DNA of 64,000 bases. Origin: Eledone cirrhosa (lineage: Eukaryota). A program made the position numbers and the translations under genes. Under the pieces are notes generated by a model. That model had not been told where the DNA came from. It worked only from the letters and a program-made list of their open reading frames with translations, and made no database searches. The stretch is from NCBI GenBank assembly GCA_964016885.1, contig OZ024743.1:373116001-373180000 (forward strand). Reading direction: 5' to 3'. This document shows positions 1 through 13,818 of the stretch, in pieces (within the stretch, counting starts at the first letter, position 1; every line of letters starts with the position of its first letter).

Positions 1-1505
1 CTACACGATCTCATTTGTTTCGGCCTCGATGGCGCGGCACCAACATAACTTTACATAGAACGGGGTGGTGTGGATGGGGTGGGGGCGGGGTGGTGGGACG
101 GGGTGTATTTTGTTAGAGATGCCTACTGATTGTAGTAGGTTTTACTATGTATTTAGGTAAGGCGGGTCTTCTCTGTTACTGAGTACCGCCAAAGGTCTCG
201 GTCCAGTGACATTGTCTTGGAGAGGTGTAAGTGTGTGATGTCGGAGTTTATCAGCTCGTCCCAGGTTTTCCTAGGTCTGCCTATTCCGTGACTACCGTCT
301 ATCTTTATTGCCCTGCACTTTGTTATACAGCTATCGACTTTCATGCGCATCACGTGTCCATACCAACGTAGCCTTCTCTCGAGTAAACAACATCTGATCC
401 CTCTTATCTCTAATTTTTTCCTTAGTTCGTTTATGCTTTGCTGTTCACGTATATTACTGTTACACATCCAGCGGAGCATGCAAGCTTCGTTCCTCTCTAG
501 TCTGCGTATATCCTCTGCACACAATGCCCAGGTCTCACTGCCGTGCAGCATTGCTGTTCGTATGCAGGCATCGTACAACCTGCCTTTCATTTTTAGTGAG
601 AACCCTTTAGCAGCTAATAGTGGTATAAGCTCTCTGAACTTTTTCCAACCAGTTCTGACTCTAGCTACAGTACTTTCAGAGCACCCTCCCCCACTGCTGA
701 TTTTATCGCCCAGGTAACGGAAGCTGTCCACTATTTCTATAGAACCCTCTGCGCAATTGAAAGAGCTAGTAGTTTGTGGGCACTTGCTGCTACTTATTGC
801 ACCAGAGCACCGGCCACATGTAAAATCTATGTTCTTAGTTAGCTTACCTGTGATCCCACTACATCTTTTATGCACCCATACTTTGCATTTAGGACATAAA
901 ATGGAGTTTCTACCTACGCCTTTCCTACACACCGAGCACGACCATTTCCCAGAAGGGACCGCCGCCTTGTTTTCTTTCCTACAAACTAGTACTTTGGTCT
1001 TAGCCAGGTTAATTTTAAGTCCTTTTGACTCTAGGCCGTGCTTCCATGTTTGGAATTTCTTCTCTAGCTCGGCCATTGATTCCGCTATGAGTGTCAGGTC
1101 GTCTGCGTATAGGAGTTCCCATGGGCAGCCTGTCTTGAACTCCTCTGTTATAGCCTGAAGGGCAATAATAAATAGTAGTGGGCTGAGAACAGAGCCCTGA
1201 TGGACGCCAACTTTTACGCTAAACTCTTCACTATATTCGTTGTTAATTCTAACCTTGCTGACTGTTTCTTTATACATGGCTTGTATAGCCCTCACAAGCC
1301 ATTCGTCAACGCCTAGTTTTCTAAGAGCCCACCAGATAATGGAGCGGGGGACTCTGTCGAAGGCTTTCTCCAAGTCGACAAAAGCTAAGTAGAGGGGTTT
1401 ACCTTTAGATAGGTACTTCTCCTGTAGTTGTCGTACTATGAAAAGAGCGTCTGTGGTACTTTTGCCTGACACAAACCCGAACTGCATTTCATCTAGGTCA
1501 AATTC
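1..1505 (-). mobile_element. RTE-clade LINE, 5'-truncated (family A); 3' UTR runs off the window start
   Basis: RT ORF plus the 3' UTR shared with other copies; 5' end abuts (TA)n at about 1505. Confidence 0.9.
153..1487 (-). CDS. RTE reverse transcriptase (C-terminal part) with inserted PHD-type finger
   Basis: [56 protein letters not shown] motifs; CSVC/CPKC-x4-H-x2-C/CGRC insert. Confidence 0.88.
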   Translation of the reverse strand: MQFGFVSGKSTTDALFIVRQLQEKYLSKGKPLYLAFVDLEKAFDRVPRSIIWWALRKLGVDEWLVRAIQAMYKETVSKVRINNEYSEEFSVKVGVHQGSVLSPLLFIIALQAITEEFKTGCPWELLYADDLTLIAESMAELEKKFQTWKHGLESKGLKINLAKTKVLVCRKENKAAVPSGKWSCSVCRKGVGRNSILCPKCKVWVHKRCSGITGKLTKNIDFTCGRCSGAISSSKCPQTTSSFNCAEGSIEIVDSFRYLGDKISSGGGCSESTVARVRTGWKKFRELIPLLAAKGFSLKMKGRLYDACIRTAMLHGSETWALCAEDIRRLERNEACMLRWMCNSNIREQQSINELRKKLEIRGIRCCLLERRLRWYGHVMRMKVDSCITKCRAIKIDGSHGIGRPRKTWDELINSDITHLHLSKTMSLDRDLWRYSVTEKTRLT

Positions 1506-1536
1506 ATATATATATATTCATATATATATATAAATA

Positions 1537-1572
<36 letters not shown>

Positions 1573-1600
1573 TATATATATATATATATATATTCATATA

Positions 1601-1632
<32 letters not shown>

Positions 1633-1826
1633 CATATATATTTATATATATATGCATATTTATATATATACATATTTATATATGTATTTATATATACATA
1701 TTTATATATATATATATACATATTTATATATGTATTTATATATACATATTTATATATATATATATACATATTTATATGTATATTTATATATATATATTTA
1801 TATATACATATTTATATATATATATT

Positions 1827-2235
1827 TCATCATCATCATTATCATCGTTTAACGTCCATCTTCCATGCTAGCATGGGTCTGGACGAGAATTGTCCCACTT
1901 GAGGCAAGATTGGTTGTCTTGCTCAGGACTGTCTAGCGGCTTTTCTATGGCTGGATGCTCTTCCTAGCACCAAACACGTTTACAGTGTGGACTGGGAGGT
2001 TTTTACCGTGTTACCTACACGGCCACATTACAGTGTGGACTGTGTGTTTTTTTTGTCGTGACACCTACACGACCTCATTTATTTAGGACTGGATGTTGTA
2101 GTACCAGCATAGCTTTACATCAAAAGGGGTGGTGTAGATGGTGGTGGGGGTAGGGTAGTGAGACGAGGGTGTATTTTGGTTAAGAGGTGCCTACTGACTG
2201 TAGGTTTCGCTTTGTAGTTAGGCAAGGCGGGTCTT
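1827..2235 (-). mobile_element. RTE LINE 3' UTR fragment with (GAT)n tail
   Basis: Matches the family A 3' UTR (AAGACCCGCCTTGCC...CCATGCTAGCATGGAAGATGGACGTTAAACGATAATGATGATG on the minus strand). Confidence 0.8.
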
Positions 2236-2294
2236 ATATTTATATATACATATTTATATATTTATATTTACATATACATATTTATATATATATA

Positions 2295-2352
<58 letters not shown>

Positions 2353-2368
2353 CATATATATATATATT

Positions 2369-2442
<74 letters not shown>

Positions 2443-2456
2443 CATATATATATATT

Positions 2457-2659
<203 letters not shown>

Positions 2660-2933
2660 ATATTTATGTATATATATATATATATATATATTTATGTATA
2701 TATATATATATATATTTATATATTTATATATATATATATATATATTTATATATTTATATATATATATATATATATTTATATATTTATGTATATATATATA
2801 TATATTTATATATTTATATATATATATATATATATTTATATATTTATATATATATATATATATATTTATATATTTATATATATATATATATATTTATGTA
2901 TATATATATATATATATATATATAAATATATAA

Positions 2934-2966
<33 letters not shown>

Positions 2967-3230
2967 CATAAATATATATATATATTTAAATGTAAGTATG
3001 CATGTATACGTACATACATATATGTATACAGACGTACAGTAGCATGCACATATATATATATATATACATATATACATACATATGCATACAGGTACACATA
3101 CATATATGCACGTATCAGTTTATCGGCGCTAACGTCGCTTTGTTCGTTTGTAAACAAACTGAACAGCCTGAATTTATGCCATACGGTGTTAAGGCAACCA
3201 CGTCACCTTTTTGTTCAACACTAACACAGG

Positions 3231-3275
3231 AACGATGTACTAGTTTCAAGCTTGTTAGCTATCATCAGCACCGTT
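3231..3275 (-). ncRNA. Minimal type I hammerhead ribozyme
   Basis: AACGGTG CTGATGA T AGCT aaca AGCT T GAAA CTAG TA CATCGTT: 7-bp stem I, stem II, palindromic ACTAGT stem III, GUA site. Confidence 0.85.
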
Positions 3276-3696
3276 TACCCATCTGCCAGATAGTTGAACG
3301 TTCGAAAGTATATACTTTCCTTATGAAAATTAACGGCTGAGCAGCCTAATTTGCATATTGAGTGAGTTAAATCGGTCAGGCATACCGAAAACGATAAATT
3401 GAAACAAAATGAAAACGAAATTTCATTTCTCACTCTTAGTATGGCACTTACTTAAATGTAAGTATGCATGTATACGTACATACATATATGTATACAGACG
3501 TACAGTAGCATGCACACATATATATATATATACATATATACATACATATGCATACAGGTACACATACATATATGCACGTATCAGTTTATCGGCGCTAACG
3601 TCGCTTTGTTCGTTTGTAAACAAACTGAACAGCCTGAATTTATGCCATACGGTGTTAAGGCAACCACGTCACCTTTTTGTTCAACACTAACACAGG

Positions 3697-3741
3697 AACG
3701 ATGTACTAGTTTCAAGCTTGTTAGCTATCATCAGCACCGTT
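3697..3741 (-). ncRNA. Minimal type I hammerhead ribozyme (second tandem copy)
   Basis: Same sequence as 3231-3275, 466 nt away. Confidence 0.85.
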
Positions 3742-4086
3742 TACCCATCTGCCAGATAGTTGAACGTTCGAAAGTATATACTTTCCTTATGAAAATTAAC
3801 GGCTGAGCAGCCTAATTTGCATATTGAGTGCCATACTAAGTGTGAGATACTAAGTAAGTGCCATACTAAGAGTGAGAAATGAAATTTCGTTTTCATTTTG
3901 TTTCAATTTATATATATATTTATATATATATATATATATATTTATGTATATATATATATATATTTATATATTTATATATATATATATTTATATATTTATA
4001 TATTTATATATATATATATATATTTTTGTATATATATATATATATATATTTATATATTTATATATATATATATTTATATATTTATA

Positions 4087-4208
<122 letters not shown>

Positions 4209-4221
4209 GTCTATATATATA

Positions 4222-4698
4222 TTAAGTTAAAGTGTACATCTACATATGTATACGGAAGTATTAGTATGCATATAAATACACATATGTATACATATGTACA
4301 TGTACCGAGCTTTTCACTAGACACTTTACAGTGAGTGTCCAGCTAGTCTGTATGTAAACAGACGAACCGGGTTTTAAAGTCATACGAGTTTTCAAGGAAA
4401 CACATTTCCTCTATTCTCGGCTCTCTGGAGAATAGAGGAAATGTGTTTCCTTGAAAACTCATTTGACTTTAAAAGCCGGTTCGTCTGTTTACATACAGAT
4501 TAGCTGGACACTCACTGTAAAGTGTCTAGTGAAAAGCTCGGTACATGTACATATGTATACATATGTGTATTTATATGCATACTAATACTTCCGTATACAT
4601 ATATAGATGTACACTTTAACTTAATTGTTTAAGCGTCAGTCATACAAAAGTGAGTTAGAAGCGAAACGAAATTTAATTTCGTTTCGTTATTCGTTTTT
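4222..4698. repeat. About 400-bp fold-back palindrome (4222-4624, 9-nt loop) with a one-sided tail of about 75 bp, in (TA)n
   Basis: Arms are reverse complements around CTATTCTC ggctctctg GAGAATAG, with a few mismatches. Confidence 0.85.
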
Positions 4699-4761
4699 AT
4701 ATATATATTTATATATTTATATATATATATATATTTATGTATATATATATATATATATATT

Positions 4762-4842
<81 letters not shown>

Positions 4843-5003
4843 TTATGTATATATATATATATATATTTATGTATATATATATATTTATATATTTATGTAT
4901 ATATATATATATATTTATATATTTATGTATATATATATATTTATATATTTATGTATATATATATATATATATTTATGTATATATATATATATATTTATAT
5001 ATT

Positions 5004-5049
<46 letters not shown>

Positions 5050-5057
5050 TATATATA

Positions 5058-5102
<45 letters not shown>

Positions 5103-5189
5103 ATATATCTATATATTTATATATATATATTTATATATATATTTATATATATATATTTATATATATATTTATATATATATTTATATATA

Positions 5190-5229
<40 letters not shown>

Positions 5230-5277
5230 GTTATATATGTATATATATATTTATATATATATATATTTATATATATT

Positions 5278-5316
<39 letters not shown>

Positions 5317-5359
5317 ATATATTTATATATGTATATATATATTTATATATATATATATT

Positions 5360-5443
<84 letters not shown>

Positions 5444-5445
5444 TA

Positions 5446-5917
5446 TATGCAAATTTTTATTTAAATTGTTGGGTTAACAACGAGTAAATATTTATAACTG
5501 ATATAAAAGCACTCAACAAGTATTTGGAGTATATTTACGATATTAAATAAATGGAAACTATATTCATAAAACCATATTTATTTCATTATATATATTTCAG
5601 GGATATCATATTAAAAATATGTTATGCCTTCTTCAGACAAAATACAATATAAACAGTCTTATAAATAGATAGATTCGACATACCTTTCAACTTCGACTTC
5701 TATTTGAAAAGTTGATTTGGTAGTGAAAAAATATTAGGGACAGTTATAAAAAGAAAGAAAGAAAAACGAAGAAAAAGAAGAAATGCATGCAACTAAATAG
5801 AGAGAGATAGATATAGAGAGATAGATAGAGAGAAGAAATTCATGTAAAGAAACAGAGAGAGATATATAGAGAGAGGAAAAAAACACAGAGGGAGATAGAT
5901 AGAGAGAGAGAGAGAAG

Positions 5918-5961
<44 letters not shown>

Positions 5962-6967
5962 GAGAGAGAGAGAAAATATAGAGAGATAGATATAGATAGA
6001 GATAGAGAGAAAGAAAATAGGTAGTTGGGCACCAGTTGAATGACGTATCAATGATATATTTATTTATTTATTTATTTATTTAGCTCTAGTATTAATGTAG
6101 AGAGAGATATATGTGGTTAAGAGAGAAAACAGCCGTTACATAGAGGGAAAAGAAAAATATCCAGACATAAACGAGGCAGATTTAAAACACTATGTTTCAT
6201 CAATGTAAAAAATATCAATTCGTATAAAACAGGCATTATAATGTAAATATCAGTATTCATGAATGAGACACGGATCAATAATGTGTGAAAAATAATGATC
6301 ATATGTCTAGTTTAAAAATTCCTAGGTTTATATTAGAGTTGAGGTAAAATAGAAGGTTATCCCAGATTTTATACTATATACATCCATGTGAATTTACGTG
6401 ATCAGCTCTGCAAATTCCTATTTCACACGAAAACATTCTCATTGTGCTATAAAAATTCTATTATACATATATGTGTACATACACACAAATATATATAGAG
6501 TCTACATTAATTTTAACAATACTATTCATGTCTTTACTCTACATGATTATCGTTCAAGCATAAATAGAGAACAGATATCAATATATCAATAAAAATATCA
6601 GAAACAAAAAAAAATAAATAAAAAACAAAAAAATCAAAAAAATATTAAAAATAAAAATATTAAAAATATTAAAAATATTAAAATAAAAATAAAACATAGT
6701 ATGCCCCGCAAATCAACCACAGAGATCAACCCTTCAAAGTTAATTGACAATATATTGCCAAGTTCGTTATAAGCATCAGAATCAAAAGCAAACAAAACCA
6801 AAAATTATTTACCAAATCCTGTCTAGCAGAAAACATTCCAAAAGTTTAGGATACCCATTTGATCTACAGATGGTCTTATATTTAATATAGAGGTTTGTCT
6901 AGTGTAAAATTTATTCGATATATTTGGAGCATCAACTTTTAGGGTAGTTTAATTATTCATGAAGAAT
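5446..6967 (-). repeat. 3' pseudo-LTR of the PLE
   Basis: Near-identical to 9314-10795; differences mainly in GA and TTTA microsatellite lengths. Confidence 0.9.
5574..5650 (-). ncRNA. Type I hammerhead ribozyme in the pseudo-LTR, sense to the ORF
   Basis: TATTTTGT CTGAAGA AGG..CATAT/ATATG..CCT GAAA TATATA TA ATGAAATA: 8-bp stem I with 2 G-U pairs, long stem II, palindromic AT stem III. Confidence 0.7.
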
Positions 6968-7029
6968 GTTTAAAATAAAAAGGAATCGAAAGATTTATCG
7001 GCGAGTTTCATAAATAATTATAAATCAAA

Positions 7030-9268
7030 TTAAATATACCACATTTTAAATTTATATTTATATTTAAAAGTTGAGTTCAATCTATGTCTGCAGCAACTGA
7101 ATAAATTTGTCCGTAAATTAAGGGAATTTTTAGATTTTAGTATAAAGAATATCTCCTCCGCGCAGAGGTCACATGTCTCAGAGGATGAATTAAAAGGAAT
7201 CCCTCTTGAGACTATATTCCAGGCCGTTGAATATCCAACGTTATCATGCCTAAGTTGCCAGAGTAAGCCTGATAGTGATGTTGAGGATTTTTTGCTTGGA
7301 TCTGTGAAAGAATTCTTGTGGTTATTATAGCGAAGTTTAAATTCTGTCGAGGTGGAACCAACATAGTTAAAAGAATTTAAGTCCGTTTTAACATTACAGT
7401 TGTATATTATATTTTTAACTAAGCAATTGTTATTTAACGGACATTTAGATCTATCTCTACAGTTTCATTTGTTAACTTGGATATTATTTATGCTATTATC
7501 GGTATTTTGGCTAGGTTTTAAATTCCTATTATTTATTCTATTAATATTTTGTGCTAAATTTTTGGTGGATGAGTAGGTTAATTTTATAGTATATCTATTG
7601 AAAATTGAGTGATACCTATGTGTTCTAGGGAAGCGATTATCAAGAGCATTAAAAAATAGTTTAGCGATGTGGGTTTTAATGTTTAGTGAGAAAGGGGGGG
7701 GGCAAACCATATTATATTCCTAGTTCTATTTCTTTTTTGGCTTTTGGAATTATTGTAATGCTTTCTATTATAGTTGTTAAAGTTGTTGCCGTAATTAAAA
7801 TTGTTGTTATTTTGGTTAGTTTGTCTATTATTATCTATGTACATAATTTTATCACTATATCCTGCTCTAGCTAACGCTTCATTGTAATACTGGGCTTTTT
7901 CGTCGAAAATCTTTTTATTAGATGAGATTCTAGAGATACGATTTTGAACAGAGTTTACTATAGTATTTTTAACAGATCTGGGGTGGTTAGAGTTAAAGCT
8001 GACATAGTTTAAGTTTTCATTCAACTTGTGAAATGGATAGTGAAGACATGTGTTGAGATTTAATGTTACATCTAGGAAATTGACTATTCTATGGTTATTC
8101 TCAATTTCTATTTTTAGATTAAAGTAATTAAAAAATTGTGTAATTTGTTTTCTTTTTCTATTTAGTTCAGAGTTATTATTTTCAATAAGTAAAAGCATGT
8201 CATCTCTATATAAACCTCCGGTAGCACCGGGTATTTTCCTATGCAGCGAATTGATTAAAAATAGGCCCACAAGGTCAGTTACCTGAGCTGAGTCGGATGA
8301 TCCCATAGTAATGTCGAAATTGTTATCTCTATCTGCTCTGGTCCATAGTTGGTCATTAAATTCTATCAATGTTTTCCTAGCCGATAATATAATGTGCATT
8401 TCATTGCTAGTTAGGTCTGTATGTTTGAATGCGTAATTTAGTGCCTTATTTAGTAGATTAGGGGTAATAGATGAATAATAGTTAGCGATATCTAGTTGAA
8501 TAAACTTATTATTATTGTTATATTTAATTTCTTTAAACCACTCAACAACCTCTCCAGTTCCCTTCCACAAGCTCAAGTTAGGTACACAATTCAAGTTTTT
8601 AATTTGCTGTATCACCCTGTCTAGAATGTTTTTGCTTAGTTTACCCAGGTCCGATTTTGATGGTGCAATCAATCTGACTGGCAGGTCATTTTCAAAATTA
8701 CTTTTGTGATCTTTCATATTGATCTTCGGTTTCCTGGGCACGAAAGGTTGTGTTCTGTTCTCAATTTCCAACTCATGCATTATACAAGATGCCTCAACAT
8801 TCATTTTCTCAAGCTCGGCCTTATCTGCTACCTTGTACTTTTTCCTCAGTTCTTTCAGTATGAGGCCATTATACATGTCTTTTTGCACTCCATAGAGGTT
8901 GTTGGTCTTGTCAGATTTCACCAAGATCTTCTCAGTTTTCTCTAAGCTCTTAATATTATCCTAATGCCTTTCAGATATTCCTGGCCTTTGAAGTTTCTCT
9001 TGAATTTGACTCCTTGTATGATAGAAATTATATCGTTTTCAAAGTCAAATAAAAGTTTGTTGGGGGGTGGATTTCTTTTAGATTTGAAAACTTTGTCTAA
9101 GTCCGAGACATTTTCATTTATATTAGATTTATCAAAGTGGAATGCCCGCCACCTGATTCTCCTTATAAAAGAGTCAGATTTATCTATTAATTGTTTAATA
9201 AAAATAAAGTCTTTGTTTCTAGGTAGAGGTATGTCTTTTAAAGAGGAAGAAATCTTAAAGAATTCCAT
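7030..9268 (-). pseudogene. PLE RT + GIY-YIG endonuclease ORF with two frameshifts (about 8950 and the G-run at about 7700) and an in-frame TGA (7465-7467)
   Basis: KSDKTNNLY, DIANYYSSI, ITMGS, GLYRDD, NFLDV, IIWFAPPFS. Hand translation past the TGA gives NCRDRSKCPL...NIIYNC...YVGSTSTEFKLRYNNH...CDLCAEE...LN..CRH, ending at TAA 7030. Confidence 0.85.
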
Positions 9269-9313
9269 TTTTTCAGTTATAATATAAAGCGCTCAACAGT
9301 ATTGGAGCAAGAT

Positions 9314-10795
9314 ATATGCAAAGTTTTATTTAAATTGTTGGGTTAACAACGAGTAAATATTTATAACTGATATAAAAGCACTCAACAAGTATTTGGAGTA
9401 TATTTACGATATTAAATAAATGGAAACTATATTTATAAAACCATATTTATTTCATTATATATATTTCAGGGATATCATATTAAAAATATGTTATGCCTTC
9501 TTCAGACAAAATACAATATAAACAGTCTTATAAATAGATAGATTTGACATACCTTTCAACTTCGACTTCTATTTGAAAAGTTGATTTGGTAGTGAAAAAA
9601 TATTAGGGACAGTTATAAAAAGAAAGAAAGAAAAACGAAGAAAAAGAAGAAATGCATGCAACTAAATAGAGAGAGATAGATATAGAGAGATAGATAGAGA
9701 GAAGAAATTCATGTAAAGAAACAGAGAGAGATATAGAGAGAGAGGAAAAAAAACACAGAGGGAGATAGATAGAGAGAGAGAGAGAGAAGAGAGGAGAGAG
9801 AGAGAGAGAGAGAGAGAGAAAATATAGAGAGATATATATAGATAGAGATAGAGAGAAAGAAAATAGGTAGTTGGGCACCAGTTGAATGACGTATCAATGA
9901 TATATTTATTTAGCTCTAGTATTAATGTAGAGAGAGATATATGTGGTTAAGAGAGAAAACAGCCGTTACATAGAGAGAAAAGAAAAATATCCAGACATAA
10001 ACGAGGCAGATTTAAAACACTATGTTTCATCAATGTAAAAAATATCAATTCGTATAAAACAGGCATTATAATGTAAATATCAGTATTCATGAATGAGACA
10101 CGTATCAATAATGTGTGAAAAATAATGATCATATGTCTAGTTTAAAAATTCCTAGGTTTATATTAGAGTTGAGGTAAAATAGAAGGTTATCCCAGATTTT
10201 ATACTATATACATCCATGTGAATTTACGTGATCAGCTCTGCAAATTCCTATTTCACACGAAAACATTCTCATTGTGCTATAAAAATTCTATTATACATAT
10301 ATGTGTACATACACACAAATATATATAGAGTCTACATTAATTTTAACAATACTATTCATGTCTTTACTCTACATGATTATCGTTCAAGCATAAATAGAGA
10401 ACAGATATCAATATATCAATAAAAATATCAGAAACAAAAAAAAATAAATAAAAAACAAAAAAATCAAAAAAATATTAAAAATAAAAATATTAAAAATATT
10501 AAAAATATTAAAATAAAAATAAAACAGTATGCCCCGCAAATCAACCACAGAGATCAACCCTTCAAAGTTAATTGACAATATATTGCCAAGTTCGTTATAA
10601 GCATCAGAATCAAAAGCAAACAAAACCAAAAATTATTTACCAAATCCTGTCTAGCAGAAAACATTCCAAAAGTTTAGGATACCCATTTGATCTACAGATG
10701 GTCTTATATTTAATATAGAGGTTTATCTAGTGTAAAATTTATTCGATATATTTGGAGCATCAGCTTTTAGGGTAGTTTAATTATTCATGAAGAAT
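9314..10795 (-). repeat. 5' pseudo-LTR of the PLE
   Basis: Direct repeat of 5446-6967; ends about 45 bp upstream of the ATG at 9268. Confidence 0.9.
9443..9519 (-). ncRNA. Type I hammerhead ribozyme in the 5' pseudo-LTR
   Basis: Copy of 5574-5650. Confidence 0.7.
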
Positions 10796-12458
<1,663 letters not shown>

Positions 12459-12643
12459 TTAATACAATAACAGAGATAGTTTAAAGCTAATCTCTGACTG
12501 GTAACCATCTCACTCAACAAACATTAGGTTATATTTTAATATAAACCCAATTTAAGTGTTTGGTGTGCTAACAATATGTATTATGTGGAAGAGCCAGTTG
12601 TATTATTTTATGAGACATAATTGAAGTTAAAATATATCTCTCT

Positions 12644-12768
12644 TTCCAAACAATTGTTTCATTATAAGTTTTCTACAAATTCGGAGAATATTTCCAGTTT
12701 ATGTAGAAGCCTAATATACATTCATGTAAGAATATATTTAGGTGGGCGTTTATAAATCATCAGTGGAA
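12644..12768 (-). ncRNA. Type I hammerhead with long branched stem II, inside a non-coding island (about 12459-12975)
   Basis: TTCCA CTGATGA T TTATAA...TTATAA T GAAA CAATTG TT TGGAA; palindromic ACAATTGT stem III; internal helices CCTAAATATA/TATATTAGG and TTCTACA/TGTAGAA. Confidence 0.7.
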
Positions 12769-13036
12769 GCCCATTAAACTTTGATATAAGAAAAACATTT
12801 CTTACCACAGTTAAAAATCGTGTCTTGTTAAGTTGCTCCTTCCCGCATCGAATGACCGGCAAATTTGAAATTCCAGCAGTTTTTGACTTAGGAAGTATTG
12901 TAGCGTCACTAAGCGGAAAGGGGAGACAACCACGATCCACGAAAGGATGAAAAAAAAATAATATACACGCGGGTTATATATATATATATTTATATATTTA
13001 TATATATATATATATTTATATACATTTATATATATT

Positions 13037-13067
<31 letters not shown>

Positions 13068-13080
13068 ATTTATATACATT

Positions 13081-13115
<35 letters not shown>

Positions 13116-13202
13116 ATACATTTATATATATATATATATACATTTATATATATATATATATACATTTATATATATATAAATATTTATATATTTATATATA
13201 TT

Positions 13203-13236
<34 letters not shown>

Positions 13237-13818
13237 GCGGCGATGAATTAGTTTTGCGAGGTTTTTTATATGAAATCGTGTGTCGAAACAGATATTGTTA
13301 TATTTGGGGAGGGTCATATTTGCGTAATATTGCCAGAATTAATAACAGAACACACTCACTGTTTGGTTGGTTTTCGCTTCTCGCTGTCTTTTATATATAT
13401 ATATCTGCGATCTAGCTTACTCGGTCCTCAATGTTGCCATTGACTGACCGGCGGTCAAAAATAATACAGATACAATATAGACAAACACATATATATATAG
13501 TTTACATAAATCTTTCGTTGCACATCTGCAACATCGTCAGTGGTGTTATATTCATTGTTCCTCCTGTTGTGTTGTATGTCTACGCCATTTTTTTTTGTTC
13601 AGTCTGTCTATATATTTATTTATTTATTTGCTTGTTTGTTTATCTTATTTTATTTTGTCTTCTTTGCGCATGCGTTTGCGTGTGTGTATAGTGTTATGTG
13701 TGATGTGTGATGTGTGACTAGTGTGTATAGTGTTGTCTGCTGGGTGACTAGTGTGTGTTTATGTGCTTGTGTATGTATTTATTTATCTTATTTTATTTAA
13801 TTTAATTTACTTATTTAT

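Larger units (their letters stand above)
2986..3910 (-). mobile_element. Non-coding tandem element (466-bp period) with one hammerhead per unit and an inverted tail; retrozyme/PLE pseudo-LTR-like
   Basis: About 2986-3363 is repeated at about 3452-3830; 3853-3910 is the reverse complement of about 3393-3451; flanked by (TA)n. Confidence 0.75.
5446..10795 (-). mobile_element. Penelope-like element (Hydra-like, C-terminal GIY-YIG) flanked by direct pseudo-LTRs
   Basis: RT-EN reading frame between two direct repeats of about 1.5 kb, each with a hammerhead; inserted in (TA)n. Confidence 0.85.

Noticed and set aside
343-1158. Antisense ORFs over RTE, CR1 and PLE coding regions (also 26341-27450, 44635-45750 and others)
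   Set aside because: Shadow frames of retroelement ORFs with no independent motifs
6159-6200. SECIS-like AUGA...AAA...GGAU on the minus strand of the PLE 3' UTR
   Set aside because: Needs a 2-nt bulge next to the core and lacks the lower helix; not convincing without SECISearch
10735-10770. CTGATGC...CGAAT hammerhead-like string in the pseudo-LTR
   Set aside because: Core deviates at invariant positions and stems do not form
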